Origin: Candidatus Woesearchaeota archaeon
GTDB taxonomy: Archaea > Nanobdellota > Nanobdellia > Pacearchaeales > GW2011-AR1
Direction of reading: 5' to 3'
Assembly: GCA_964493885.1 (NCBI GenBank)
Contig: CAZBPV010000002.1
Location: 15,614-79,613, forward strand
Length of the DNA: 64,000 nucleotides
The translations under genes and the position numbers were made by a program. Below, one piece after another: positions 45,950 through 54,752 of this stretch. Below the pieces are notes generated by a model. That model had not been told where the DNA came from. It ran no database searches and was given only the letters and a program-made list of their open reading frames with translations. Position 1 is the stretch's first letter. Each line of letters begins with the position of its first letter.

Positions 45950-46768
45950 ATGGCGGAATTTAATCTTTCTGCAAAAAGAAAAAGTTTTTTCTCTGGATTG
46001 AGCTTATCAACTCAATTAATAATTATAAATTTATTTTTTTATTTTGTAGCATTTATAATTCTTCAGGTTTATGGAGAAAAATTTATCTTAGATTACATAG
46101 CAATAACCCCCGGACTTATTATTGCTGGAAAGTCTTTGTGGACATTTATTACAAGCATGTTTATGCACGGAAGTTTTTTCCATATTTTTGCTAATATGTT
46201 TTCATTATTCTTTATTGGAACTTTTTTGGAGAGAATAATTGGAAGAAAGAGATTTTTTTGGGTTTATATTATATCAGGTATTATCGGGGGTTTATTTTTT
46301 GTTTTAGCTGGCTTGCTTTTAGGGGACTTAAATACACCTGCAGTTGGAGCAAGTGGAGCAATATTCGGGCTTTTAGGGGTATTGGCAGTATTAGTTCCCT
46401 TTTCTAGGGTTTATCTTATTGCAGGGCCTTTGATATTGCTTGTTTTAAATTTTGCACTCTCTCCTATACTGCCTCCTTCTTTGGCTGATGCTTTTAGCTT
46501 GGTTGTAAGCATCCTAATTTTTGTAATGATATTTTCTCTTTTGTCTTTTAATAGAACCCTTAGAAAGATAGCCATTCCAATTGAACTTCCTATGTGGCTT
46601 CTTCCCATAATTGCAATTGTGCCTTTGACTGTTATAGGATATTTTGTTCAACTGCCAATTGGAAATAGTGCACATATTGGGGGGCTTATAGCAGGATTAG
46701 CTTATGGTTTTTATCTTAGAAAGAAATTCCCAAAAAAAACTAAAAATCTAAGAAATCTTTTTAGATGA
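45950..46768 (+). CDS. rhomboid-family intramembrane serine protease
   Basis: FMHGSFFHIFANM, GASGAIFGLLG, AHIGGLIAG; multi-TM. Confidence 0.85.
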   Translation: MAEFNLSAKRKSFFSGLSLSTQLIIINLFFYFVAFIILQVYGEKFILDYIAITPGLIIAGKSLWTFITSMFMHGSFFHIFANMFSLFFIGTFLERIIGRKRFFWVYIISGIIGGLFFVLAGLLLGDLNTPAVGASGAIFGLLGVLAVLVPFSRVYLIAGPLILLVLNFALSPILPPSLADAFSLVVSILIFVMIFSLLSFNRTLRKIAIPIELPMWLLPIIAIVPLTVIGYFVQLPIGNSAHIGGLIAGLAYGFYLRKKFPKKTKNLRNLFR

Positions 46769-47346
46769 TGAAAAAATTTCTTAAACAAAATTTAAAGAAA
46801 AGCTGGGAATTTTTAATAGATTCAAAAAAATATATTTATTTTATAATTGGGATTTTTTTCTTGTTTGCAATTATTGGACTTTTTGTGCCTGCTCCATTAA
46901 TTATAGAAGAAAAAATTATGCAATTCATACAAGAATTAATTGAACTTACTAAAGGAATGAATTTCTTTCAGCTTGCATGGTTTATCTTTTCAAATAATAT
47001 TAAGATAAGCATTCTTTCTATTTTATTAGGAATTATTTTTGGAGTAATCCCTGTATTATTTGCACTATCTAATGGGTATATGCTTGGATTTGTTTTATTG
47101 CTTTCTATTAAAAGCGAGGGTATTCTTTCATTGTGGAGAATTTTTCCTCATGGAATTTTTGAACTTCCTGCAGTCTTTATTTCTTTAGGATTGGGTTTGA
47201 GATTAGGCACTCATTTGTTTTTTGCTAAAAAAAAGACTAATTTTAAAGAAATTTTTTATAATTCCATCAAAGTTTTCTTTTTTGTTATTCTTCCATTGAT
47301 GATTATTGCAGCAATAATTGAGTCTCTTTTGATATTTGTTTCTTAG
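46765..47346 (+). CDS. SpoIIM-like (DUF95) membrane protein
   Basis: IFSNNIKISIL...ALSNGYMLGF...IFPHGIFELPAVFIS; ATGA overlap with the rhomboid gene. Confidence 0.7.
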   Translation: MMKKFLKQNLKKSWEFLIDSKKYIYFIIGIFFLFAIIGLFVPAPLIIEEKIMQFIQELIELTKGMNFFQLAWFIFSNNIKISILSILLGIIFGVIPVLFALSNGYMLGFVLLLSIKSEGILSLWRIFPHGIFELPAVFISLGLGLRLGTHLFFAKKKTNFKEIFYNSIKVFFFVILPLMIIAAIIESLLIFVS

Positions 47347-47421
47347 TAAGAGAGTTAATTTTATATACTCTTATTCCCTTATTAAAAAATAGGATAAGTC
47401 TAAATAAAAAGGAGGTTGAAA

Positions 47422-47610
47422 ATGGAAACTTTAACAAAAGTTGCTTTAGTTTTGGCAAACATCGGTGCTATTAACTGGGGATTGAATGCTCTAGGATGGA
47501 ATGCAGTTGATAGTTTGATTGTAAGTTGGGCTGGAAGCACTATTGGAATGATTGTTTACTTGTTAGTTGGTGTTTGCGGTCTTGTTGGACTATACAAGGT
47601 ATTTAATTAA
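47422..47610 (+). CDS. DUF378 small membrane protein
   Basis: LANIGAINWGLNALGWNAV...YLLVGVCGLVGLY. GGAGG lies 7 nt upstream of the ATG at 47422. Confidence 0.7.
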   Translation: METLTKVALVLANIGAINWGLNALGWNAVDSLIVSWAGSTIGMIVYLLVGVCGLVGLYKVFN

Positions 47611-47648
47611 ATTTTAATTTTTTAGCTTCTATTTCTTTATCTTTTTTA

Positions 47649-47834
47649 TTATTCTTTTAAATCAGTTATACTTAGAAATAAAAGTAGCAAACCTAACATT
47701 ATCACAAACCATACTACCCCGCCTTTTAATAGACTCAGTGCTGCTTCTCCAAAACCTAAGAAATTCATTCCCCAGGCATAGACAGCTGTAAGTACAAGGA
47801 TTAAACCAATTAATAATTTTAACCATTTGTTCAT
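47649..47834 (-). CDS. small 2-TM membrane protein, hypothetical
   Basis: MNKWLKLLIGLILVLTAVYAW...VVWFVIMLGLLLLFL. The start is uncertain; the ORF extends to 47885. Confidence 0.4.
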   Translation of the reverse strand: MNKWLKLLIGLILVLTAVYAWGMNFLGFGEAALSLLKGGVVWFVIMLGLLLLFLSITDLKE

Positions 47835-47917
47835 TGTAGTATTACTTAATCTGGCTTGTTTAAAAGGATTTTTATGATAAAGCATATATTTTTAAAATTA
47901 GATTTAAAGGTATATTT

Positions 47918-48901
47918 ATGGATAAACAGGAAATAGCAAGGAAAAATGTCTTAAGAAAAAGTGATGAAATTAAAGGGATTTCTATTAAAGGATATGATTT
48001 TAATAATGGAGTAGATTTTGAAAAGCTTTTAGATAGTTTTTCTTCTACAGGATTTCAGGCAAGCAATCTTGCAAGAGCAAGAACAATAATAGACAAAATG
48101 ATTTCTGATAAAGCATTTATTTATCTGGGATATACTTCAAACATGATTAGTTCTGGTGCGAGGGAGATAATTAGATATCTTGTTGAGCATAAAAAGGTTA
48201 ATGTCTGCGTTACAACTTGCGGTGGGATAGAAGAAGACATAATAAAATGCCTTGGAGATTTTATCCTTGGAGATTTTAGAGCATCTGGAAAAGAACTTAG
48301 AGAAAAGGGGATAAATAGGATAGGTAATATTTTTGTTCCTAATAATAGATATGTGGAGTTTGAAGAATTTTTGCAACCTATTTTAAATGAATTATTTGAA
48401 GAACAGAAAAAAACTGGAAAAAGAATTTGTGCCAGTAATTTAATTTGGAAACTTGGAGAAAAAATTAATGATGAGAGAAGTATTTGTTACTGGGCATGGA
48501 AAAATAAGATAAGAATCTTTTGTCCAGCTATTTCTGATGGAGCAATCGGTGATAATATTTATTTTTTTAAGTTGAATAATCCTGAATTTGAGATAGATTT
48601 GACAGAAGACATAAGATTGCTGGATGATTCTGCCTTTGAATCAAAGAAAACAGGGGTAATTATTTTAGGAGCTGGGTTAGTTAAGCATGCAATTTTAAAT
48701 GCAAATATGCTTAGAAATGGAACAGATTATTCAGTTTATATTAATACTGCTCAAGAATTTGACGGCAGTGATTCTGGAGCTCTTCCTGAAGAAGCAATTT
48801 CTTGGGGAAAAATACTACCTAATGCTGAATATGTAAAAGTTTTTGGAGATGCCACAATAATTTTTCCACTATTAGTGGCTCAGACTTTCGCAAAAAAATA
48901 A
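47918..48901 (+). CDS. dys: deoxyhypusine synthase
   Basis: LGYTSNMISSGAREIIRYLVEHKKVNVCVTTCGGIEEDIIKCLG...EAISWGKI. Confidence 0.9.
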   Translation: MDKQEIARKNVLRKSDEIKGISIKGYDFNNGVDFEKLLDSFSSTGFQASNLARARTIIDKMISDKAFIYLGYTSNMISSGAREIIRYLVEHKKVNVCVTTCGGIEEDIIKCLGDFILGDFRASGKELREKGINRIGNIFVPNNRYVEFEEFLQPILNELFEEQKKTGKRICASNLIWKLGEKINDERSICYWAWKNKIRIFCPAISDGAIGDNIYFFKLNNPEFEIDLTEDIRLLDDSAFESKKTGVIILGAGLVKHAILNANMLRNGTDYSVYINTAQEFDGSDSGALPEEAISWGKILPNAEYVKVFGDATIIFPLLVAQTFAKK

Positions 48902-48902
48902 A

Positions 48903-49946
48903 ATGTTAACACCTTCCCAAGTCAATGAAATCAAAGAACATTTAGAGAAAGCTCAAAATCCTATTTTTTTCTTTGACAATGATCCTGATGGATTATGCAG
49001 TTTTCTTTTGCTTCAAAAATATATACAAAGGGGCAAGGGAGTTCCAGTAAAATCATTTCCAGATTTGACTGTAGAGTATTTTAGAAAAGTTACTGAACTT
49101 AATTCAGATTATATTTTCATATTAGATAAGCCAGTAGTTTCAGAAGAATTTTGGAAAAAGGTAGAAGAAGTAAATATGCCTGTTGTTTGGATTGATCATC
49201 ATGATATTAATTTAAATTCTATTCCTGAATTTGTAAATTATTATAATCCACTGCATAATGAAAAACCAAATAATGAACCAGTAACTTATCTTTGTTATCA
49301 GATAAGCCACAAAAAAGAAGATTTGTGGCTTGCAGTTGCAGGATGCATTTCTGATAGATTCTTACCTGATTTTTATGAAGATTTTAAAAAACAATTTTCT
49401 GAACTTGTAATTAATTCTGATGATGCTTTTGAGATATTATATAAATCTGAAATAGGAAAAATAGCCAGAATCTTTGGATTTGCATTAAAGGATAGAATCA
49501 CTAATGTAATTAATATGCAGAAATTTCTTATGCAGGCTAAATCTCCTTATGATGCTCTTAATGAAATAGGAAAGAATAGGACAATGCATGAAAGGTATAA
49601 AGAGGTTAATAAAAAGTATATTAAATTCATTGAAAAAGCAAAGGATTCAGTAAAAGATTACAAAAAACTTTTATATTTTCAGTATGGAGGGGATATGAGT
49701 ATTAGTGCTGACTTATCTAATCAGCTTAGTTATGATTTTCCTGATAAAATTATTGTGGTGGTTTATGTTTCTGGGATAAAAGCAAATATTTCTGCAAGAG
49801 GGAAAAACGTGAGAAATCTTATTTTAAAAAGCATAGAGGGAATTGAAGGCGCAACAGGAGGGGGGCATGAGGAAGCTGTAGGAGCACAGATGAAATCAGG
49901 TGATTTAGATAGGTTCAAGGAAAGATTGGTAAATTTTGTTGAATAA
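48903..49946 (+). CDS. DHH/DHHA1-family phosphoesterase (RecJ-like)
   Basis: FFDNDPDGLCS, WIDHHD, GGGHEEAVGAQ. Confidence 0.75.
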   Translation: MLTPSQVNEIKEHLEKAQNPIFFFDNDPDGLCSFLLLQKYIQRGKGVPVKSFPDLTVEYFRKVTELNSDYIFILDKPVVSEEFWKKVEEVNMPVVWIDHHDINLNSIPEFVNYYNPLHNEKPNNEPVTYLCYQISHKKEDLWLAVAGCISDRFLPDFYEDFKKQFSELVINSDDAFEILYKSEIGKIARIFGFALKDRITNVINMQKFLMQAKSPYDALNEIGKNRTMHERYKEVNKKYIKFIEKAKDSVKDYKKLLYFQYGGDMSISADLSNQLSYDFPDKIIVVVYVSGIKANISARGKNVRNLILKSIEGIEGATGGGHEEAVGAQMKSGDLDRFKERLVNFVE

Positions 49947-50341
49947 TGGTAAGAAAGCAAAAAATATAGAAAAGTATAAAAATATCCTTTTTCTAATTAT
50001 ATTATGAACGAAGCACGTAGATTGCTAAATTGTTGGAATGTCATGTGCAGTCTGGGCTTTGCTATTAAATATCCTACCTCACATTAATTCAGAGATTACT
50101 TACTGGTTCTGAATTGAGTGGGATTATTTCTATAAGATTTAGAACTTGAAGGGTTTTTGAATGGTGTGCTGTGGACTTCAAAAAAAAATGGATGAAGATT
50201 TGAAACAGCAAATGAAAGAAAAAGAATATGTGGAGAATGAGTTAAGCAAGTTGTTAGAAACAACTTTGCGATTAGAGAATGAATTATACTCAATATCTCA
50301 ATAATAAAAGTTGAAATAGAATTTCTTGTACTGAATAGTAT

Positions 50342-51787
50342 TTAATATGTCTTGCCTACATACACCCAGTATTTTGCTGGTTTGTTGCAGATGATACATT
50401 TTTTGTTTTTAATTGAGGGATTATCTGGACTGATGAAAAGTGTTTTAGCCCCATTGGTATCTGTTTTGAGAATATCTTCACATTTTTCAGAATTACAAAG
50501 AGGAATCATAACCATATTTTTTTCTTTAATATATTTTATTAGTTCTTTTTTATCTTCAGTCTTTTTTTGAGAGGAATCCAGAAGATTTTTTGCATTTTTG
50601 AATAATTCTATTTGTATTTCTTCCAATAGAATTGGAATTTGTTTTTTCAAATCTTTTATTTTTATCACCTGCTTTTTAGAGTTAGTTCTTTTTACAACTA
50701 TCACTGATTTTTTCTCTAAATCCCTAGGACCAATTTCTATTCTTAAGGGAATTCCTTTTAATTCCCATTCATTATATTTCCATCCCGGAGAAATTTCTTC
50801 TCTAGAGTCTAAGATAGGATTAAATTCTGATAATTCTTTTCCTATTTTGTCTGATTCTTTTAAGATTTTTTCTTTTGTTTTATTAAATAAAATTGGGATT
50901 ATAACAATCTTATTTTCTACAAGTTTTGGGGGAAGAATTAATCCTTTGTCATCAGAGTGGATTGCAAACATTGTTCCTAACATTCTTGTGCTGATTGCAT
51001 AAGTATTTTGCCAAACATAATCTTCTTTCCCATTTTTATCTAAGAATTTTATTTGATAGGCTTTTGCAAAATTCTGTCCATTATGATGGAAGCAAGGACC
51101 TTCAATAACCTTGCCATTTGGAAGCATATAATGCAATTTTTCTGAAAAGACTGCTCCTGCGAATTTTTCTTTTTCTGTTTTTTTCCCATAAATTCCTGGA
51201 AGTGCCATAAACTCTTCAACAACTGTTTCATAAGCTTCTTTTATTTTTATTCCTTCATCAAGAGCTTCTTTTTCAGTTGCAAATGCACTATGCCCCTCAT
51301 TCCATAAAAATTCACGTGTCCTAAAAAATGGAACTGGATTGTTAAATTCCCATCTTACTACATTATTCCACTGGTTTAATTGCAATGGCAAATCTCTATG
51401 GCTTCTTATCCATTTAGAGTAAGATTCATACATTATTGCTTCTGATGTTGGACGAATTGCCAGTCTTTCATTAAGTTTTGTGTTTCCTGCTTGAGTCACC
51501 CAAGCAACTTCAGGAGCAAATCCTTTTACATGTTCTTTTTCCTTTGCAAAAGCTTTTTCTGGGATAAATAGAGGGAAGTAACAATTTTTTATACTAATTT
51601 TTTTGAATTCTTCATCACAAAGTTCTTTTATTTTTTCCCAAATACCATAACTTAATGGACGAAAGATTATGCATCCTGATACAGAAGAGTAATCTGCTAG
51701 TTCTGATTTAAGTATTAATTGTTGATACCACCCTGAAAAATCTACACTCTTTTTTACGCTTAAACCTTCTTGATTATCTTTAGCCAT
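50342..51787 (-). CDS. proS: prolyl-tRNA synthetase (archaeal type)
   Basis: LAIRPTSEAIMY...RDLPLQLNQWNNVVRWEF..., class II motifs, and a C-terminal Zn-binding-type domain ending YWVYVGKTY. Confidence 0.9.
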   Translation of the reverse strand: MAKDNQEGLSVKKSVDFSGWYQQLILKSELADYSSVSGCIIFRPLSYGIWEKIKELCDEEFKKISIKNCYFPLFIPEKAFAKEKEHVKGFAPEVAWVTQAGNTKLNERLAIRPTSEAIMYESYSKWIRSHRDLPLQLNQWNNVVRWEFNNPVPFFRTREFLWNEGHSAFATEKEALDEGIKIKEAYETVVEEFMALPGIYGKKTEKEKFAGAVFSEKLHYMLPNGKVIEGPCFHHNGQNFAKAYQIKFLDKNGKEDYVWQNTYAISTRMLGTMFAIHSDDKGLILPPKLVENKIVIIPILFNKTKEKILKESDKIGKELSEFNPILDSREEISPGWKYNEWELKGIPLRIEIGPRDLEKKSVIVVKRTNSKKQVIKIKDLKKQIPILLEEIQIELFKNAKNLLDSSQKKTEDKKELIKYIKEKNMVMIPLCNSEKCEDILKTDTNGAKTLFISPDNPSIKNKKCIICNKPAKYWVYVGKTY

Positions 51788-51837
51788 AGGATTTTAAAAG
51801 AAAGAATGTATTTAAAATTAACCAAAACAAGAACTAT

Positions 51838-51963
51838 GGGCTCATAGTTTAATGGATAGAATAGCTGGCTACGGCGATGATGTTTGCGAGGCTTTAAGCC
51901 TATTGATATGCGAGCAGGCATCGGAGAAACCGGCTGATGAAGGTTCGATTCCTTCTGGGCTCA
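51838..51963 (+). tRNA. tRNA-Arg with apparent ACG anticodon and 54-nt intron (51875-51928)
   Basis: Acceptor GGGCTCA/TGGGCTC, anticodon stem GCTGG/CCGGC, loop CTACGG, T arm GAAGG-TTCGATT-CCTTC. The BHB has outer helix GATG/CATC and central helix CTAC/GGAG with one A.G mismatch at position 34. Confidence 0.7.
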
Positions 51964-52010
51964 TATAAATGCATTCGAACCCTTTAGGGTTTGGTTTGGC
52001 TTTCAGACGA

Positions 52011-52051
52011 ACCAGACCGAGCTTGCGAGAGTCCGATTCCTTCTGGGCTCA
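52011..52051 (+). pseudogene. degenerate copy of the tRNA-Arg 3' half
   Basis: ACCAGA...GAGAG-TCCGATT-CCTTC-TGGGCTCA parallels ACCGGC-TGAT-GAAGG-TTCGATT-CCTTC-TGGGCTCA. 21 nt are identical (52034-52054 = 51946-51966). There is no 5' half. Confidence 0.6.
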
Positions 52052-52106
52052 TATTTACTTTGAAGTGATAGTTGAAGATTATATATTTAATTCTCTTTGA
52101 AACTTA

Positions 52107-52856
52107 ATGATTCAATTAACTCCTGAACTGTCTGAAATTTGCGGTATCCATGCGGGCGATGGTTATATGAGGACAAGAGGAAGAAATAAGGGGGAGATAG
52201 ATATAAGTGGAAATCTTGAAGAACAGGAATATTATGATAAACATGTTATCCCTTTATTTAACAAAGTTTTTGATTTACATTTAAAAGGAAGAACTTTCTC
52301 TAGAGGTACTTATGGGTTTGTTTGCTATAAAAGAGAAGTAAGAGAATTGTTTTTTAGATTAGGTTTTCCTTTTGGGAGTAAATCTTTAACTGTAAAGGTT
52401 CCTAAACAAATATTGGATTCAGAGAACTCTGTTTTGTATTCAGGCTTCTTAAGAGGTCTTTTAGATACAGATGGACATATTGGATTTAAAAAAAGAACAT
52501 CTGGCAAGTATTGCAAATTTAAATTGAATAATCATTATTATCCTACTATTGTTTTGACTACAATCTCTAAAAAACTATCTGAAGAAATTAGTTTTATCTT
52601 GAATAAACTTGAGATAAAACATTTTGTGTATTCTTCTCAACCGAAAAATCTTAGGGATAATTATTATTTTAGGATAATTATTAATGGGGTTGATAGATTA
52701 GAGAGATGGATGAAATTAATTGGAAGCAAAAATCCGGTTAAATTTTCTAGATATTTGGTTTGGAAAAAATTTGGCTTTTGTCCAACACACACTACCTTAC
52801 AACAAAGGAAAGATATTTTAAGTGGAAAGTTAGATCTATTGAGTATAGGCTCATAG
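52107..52856 (+). CDS. LAGLIDADG homing endonuclease (double-motif, monomeric type)
   Basis: LSEICGIHAGDGYM and FLRGLLDTDGHIGF motifs about 100 aa apart. The last 10 nt overlap the 5' end of the next tRNA. Confidence 0.8.
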   Translation: MIQLTPELSEICGIHAGDGYMRTRGRNKGEIDISGNLEEQEYYDKHVIPLFNKVFDLHLKGRTFSRGTYGFVCYKREVRELFFRLGFPFGSKSLTVKVPKQILDSENSVLYSGFLRGLLDTDGHIGFKKRTSGKYCKFKLNNHYYPTIVLTTISKKLSEEISFILNKLEIKHFVYSSQPKNLRDNYYFRIIINGVDRLERWMKLIGSKNPVKFSRYLVWKKFGFCPTHTTLQQRKDILSGKLDLLSIGS

Positions 52857-52958
52857 TTTAATGGATAAAATTTCAGGTTTCGGAAATTTTGCTTATTTAA
52901 AAATTATAATCAATATTGGAAAACCCTGACGATGGGGGTTCGAATCCCTCTGGGCCTA
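52847..52958 (+). tRNA. tRNA-Arg(UCG) with 40-nt intron (52884-52923)
   Basis: Acceptor AGGCTCA/TGGGCCT, anticodon stem TCAGG/CCTGA, loop TTTCGG, BHB central helix TTTC/GGAA, T arm GGGGG-TTCGAAT-CCCTC. Confidence 0.8.
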
Positions 52959-52962
52959 TTTT

Positions 52963-54324
52963 TTATTTTAGTTTCTTCTCTAGAATCTGCTTTGCTGTCT
53001 TGAAATCTGCACGCTTGTCTGACAATCTCATTATTTGTCCAATAAGGAAGTTGAGGGCGTTTTTTTCTCCAGACTTAAAGTCTTGAACTGCCTTTGAATT
53101 ATCTTTTATTACTTTTTCAATAATCTTGTCAATTTCTCCTTTGTCTGAAATCTGGCTGAATTTTTCAGACTCTTTTTTAGGAGATGAGCTTCCTTTAATC
53201 CAGCTTCTTAAAATGTCTTTTGCTTTAAGATCTGTTATTTTCTTTTTTTCTATTAAATCAAGCAGTTCAATAAAGTGCAGAGGATTAATGTCAATTTCTT
53301 CAAGTTCTTTTTTATTATAATTTAATACAGAAAGAAGCTCCTCTGTTATCCATCTTACTGCTAGAGATGGATTAGTTTTCTCAATTATCTTTTCAAAGAA
53401 TTCAACTATCTCTAGTTTTTTTGTGAGTATTTCTGCAGATTCCTTGTTTATCTTGTATTTTTTTATTAATTTTTCAAGCTTTGCTCTTGGAGTTTCTGGC
53501 AAAGAAGCTTTTAATTTTTCTACTCTTTCTTTCTTGATTATTATTGCTGGCAAGTCTGGCTCTGAAATAAATCTGTAATCTTCTGCTTGCTCTTTTGTTC
53601 TCATTAATTTAGTTATATTTTTTTCAGAATCAAACATTCTTGTTTCTTGGATTTTTGGAATATCTTTAGTTTGTCTTTGAATTTCTGATTCAATTGCTTT
53701 TTTTATGTTGCTTAATGAATTTATGTTTTTCATTTCAATTCGTGCTCCCTTTAATTCTGGAAGAGAGATATTAACATCTGCTTTTATTCCAGCTGTTTTG
53801 TCAATTGCTTTTATGTAGCTAAGAGTTGCAAGCAATTGCTTGAGCCATTCCACAACTTGCTCTGAAGTTTTGAAATCTGGTTCTGTAACAATTTCAATTA
53901 GTGGTGAGCCACTTCTATTGTAATCTATTTCCCCTGTTTCAGGGTTCCATGCTGCAGGATCTTCTTCAAGATGACACTCTGTTATTCTTACCCCAAGAAA
54001 ATTCCCTTTTTCTGCATTTGGAGTTGAATGGGGGCCAGAAATTGTATTTTGGAATCCTTTTGGTAAGTCAGGCCAGGAATAATGCTTTCTTTGCCAGACA
54101 AGCTTTGGATTGATTTTGCAATTAAGAATAAGAGCTATTTGAATTGCCTTGCTTATTGCTTCTGAATTTGGAAGAAGAGGCTTGCTTCCTGGAGCACCGA
54201 CACATATTGGGCAGATATTTGTATTTGGCTTTGCATTTTTAGCTCCATGCTCTGCTTTGCAAGTGCAGAATAGTTTCTCTTTTGTATTAATATATCCATG
54301 AATTTCAAGTCCTATCTTTGGCAT
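52963..54324 (-). CDS. gatB: Asp/Glu-tRNA amidotransferase subunit B
   Basis: IGLEIHGYINTKEKLFCTC...PNTNICPICVGAPGSKPLLP...RKHYSWPDLPKGFQ, with a C-terminal YqeY-like tail. Confidence 0.9.
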   Translation of the reverse strand: MPKIGLEIHGYINTKEKLFCTCKAEHGAKNAKPNTNICPICVGAPGSKPLLPNSEAISKAIQIALILNCKINPKLVWQRKHYSWPDLPKGFQNTISGPHSTPNAEKGNFLGVRITECHLEEDPAAWNPETGEIDYNRSGSPLIEIVTEPDFKTSEQVVEWLKQLLATLSYIKAIDKTAGIKADVNISLPELKGARIEMKNINSLSNIKKAIESEIQRQTKDIPKIQETRMFDSEKNITKLMRTKEQAEDYRFISEPDLPAIIIKKERVEKLKASLPETPRAKLEKLIKKYKINKESAEILTKKLEIVEFFEKIIEKTNPSLAVRWITEELLSVLNYNKKELEEIDINPLHFIELLDLIEKKKITDLKAKDILRSWIKGSSSPKKESEKFSQISDKGEIDKIIEKVIKDNSKAVQDFKSGEKNALNFLIGQIMRLSDKRADFKTAKQILEKKLK

Positions 54325-54329
54325 TTTAA

Positions 54330-54752
54330 TTAAAGATTGTTTTCTTTTATCAATTTATCTATTTTAGATTTTATTTGTGAGTAGAATTCTTTTATATTTT
54401 TTGCATCTTCTGATGAGATAATTCTTCCATAATATTTGGAACCATTTCTCATGTATCTGAAATTATCCATTTTTTGAATTAATGCAATATCAAATCCCTT
54501 ATTCATGAGATAAACTATCGATGCTTCATGGGAATAAGACTTTAAGCCTTCAAGAGCGAGCAATGAATTGCAAAAGTCCTGAATAGAATCATACATGCTT
54601 TCAAAAATTGTTTTGGGCTTCTTTTTTTCGTCTTCGTTCCAGTTTTCACTTAGCCTTATTTTCATATCTTTTATAAGGGATTTGGCTAAAACTGGATTTT
54701 TAGAGCATTTCTTAACTTCATGATTGCTTAAAAAATATTCAAAAGGTTTCAT
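54330..54752 (-). CDS. HEPN-domain protein (toxin partner of the adjacent nucleotidyltransferase)
   Basis: 140 aa helical protein with NFRYMRNGSKYYG (an R-x4-type HEPN motif region); 4-nt overlap with the MNT gene. Confidence 0.6.
   Translation of the reverse strand: MKPFEYFLSNHEVKKCSKNPVLAKSLIKDMKIRLSENWNEDEKKKPKTIFESMYDSIQDFCNSLLALEGLKSYSHEASIVYLMNKGFDIALIQKMDNFRYMRNGSKYYGRIISSEDAKNIKEFYSQIKSKIDKLIKENNL

Noticed and set aside
49947-50341. 395-bp gap between the DHH gene and proS, including ORF 50096-50293 (minus) and a 47-codon plus ORF 50161-50304 (MVCCGLQKKMDEDLKQQMKEKEYVENELSKLLETTLRLENELYSISQ)
   Set aside because: The minus ORF is low-complexity. The plus ORF is short with no SD or conservation evidence. 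No tRNA, SRP-RNA or RNase P-like structure was seen by eye. There is not enough support to call a gene or ncRNA.
51875-51928. Possible C/D-box sRNA inside the tRNA-Arg(ACG) intron (GATGATG near the 5' end, CTGA shortly after the 3' splice site)
   Set aside because: The C-box deviates from RUGAUGA, the only CTGA lies in the exon rather than the intron, and no convincing C'/D' pair or guide complementarity was found.
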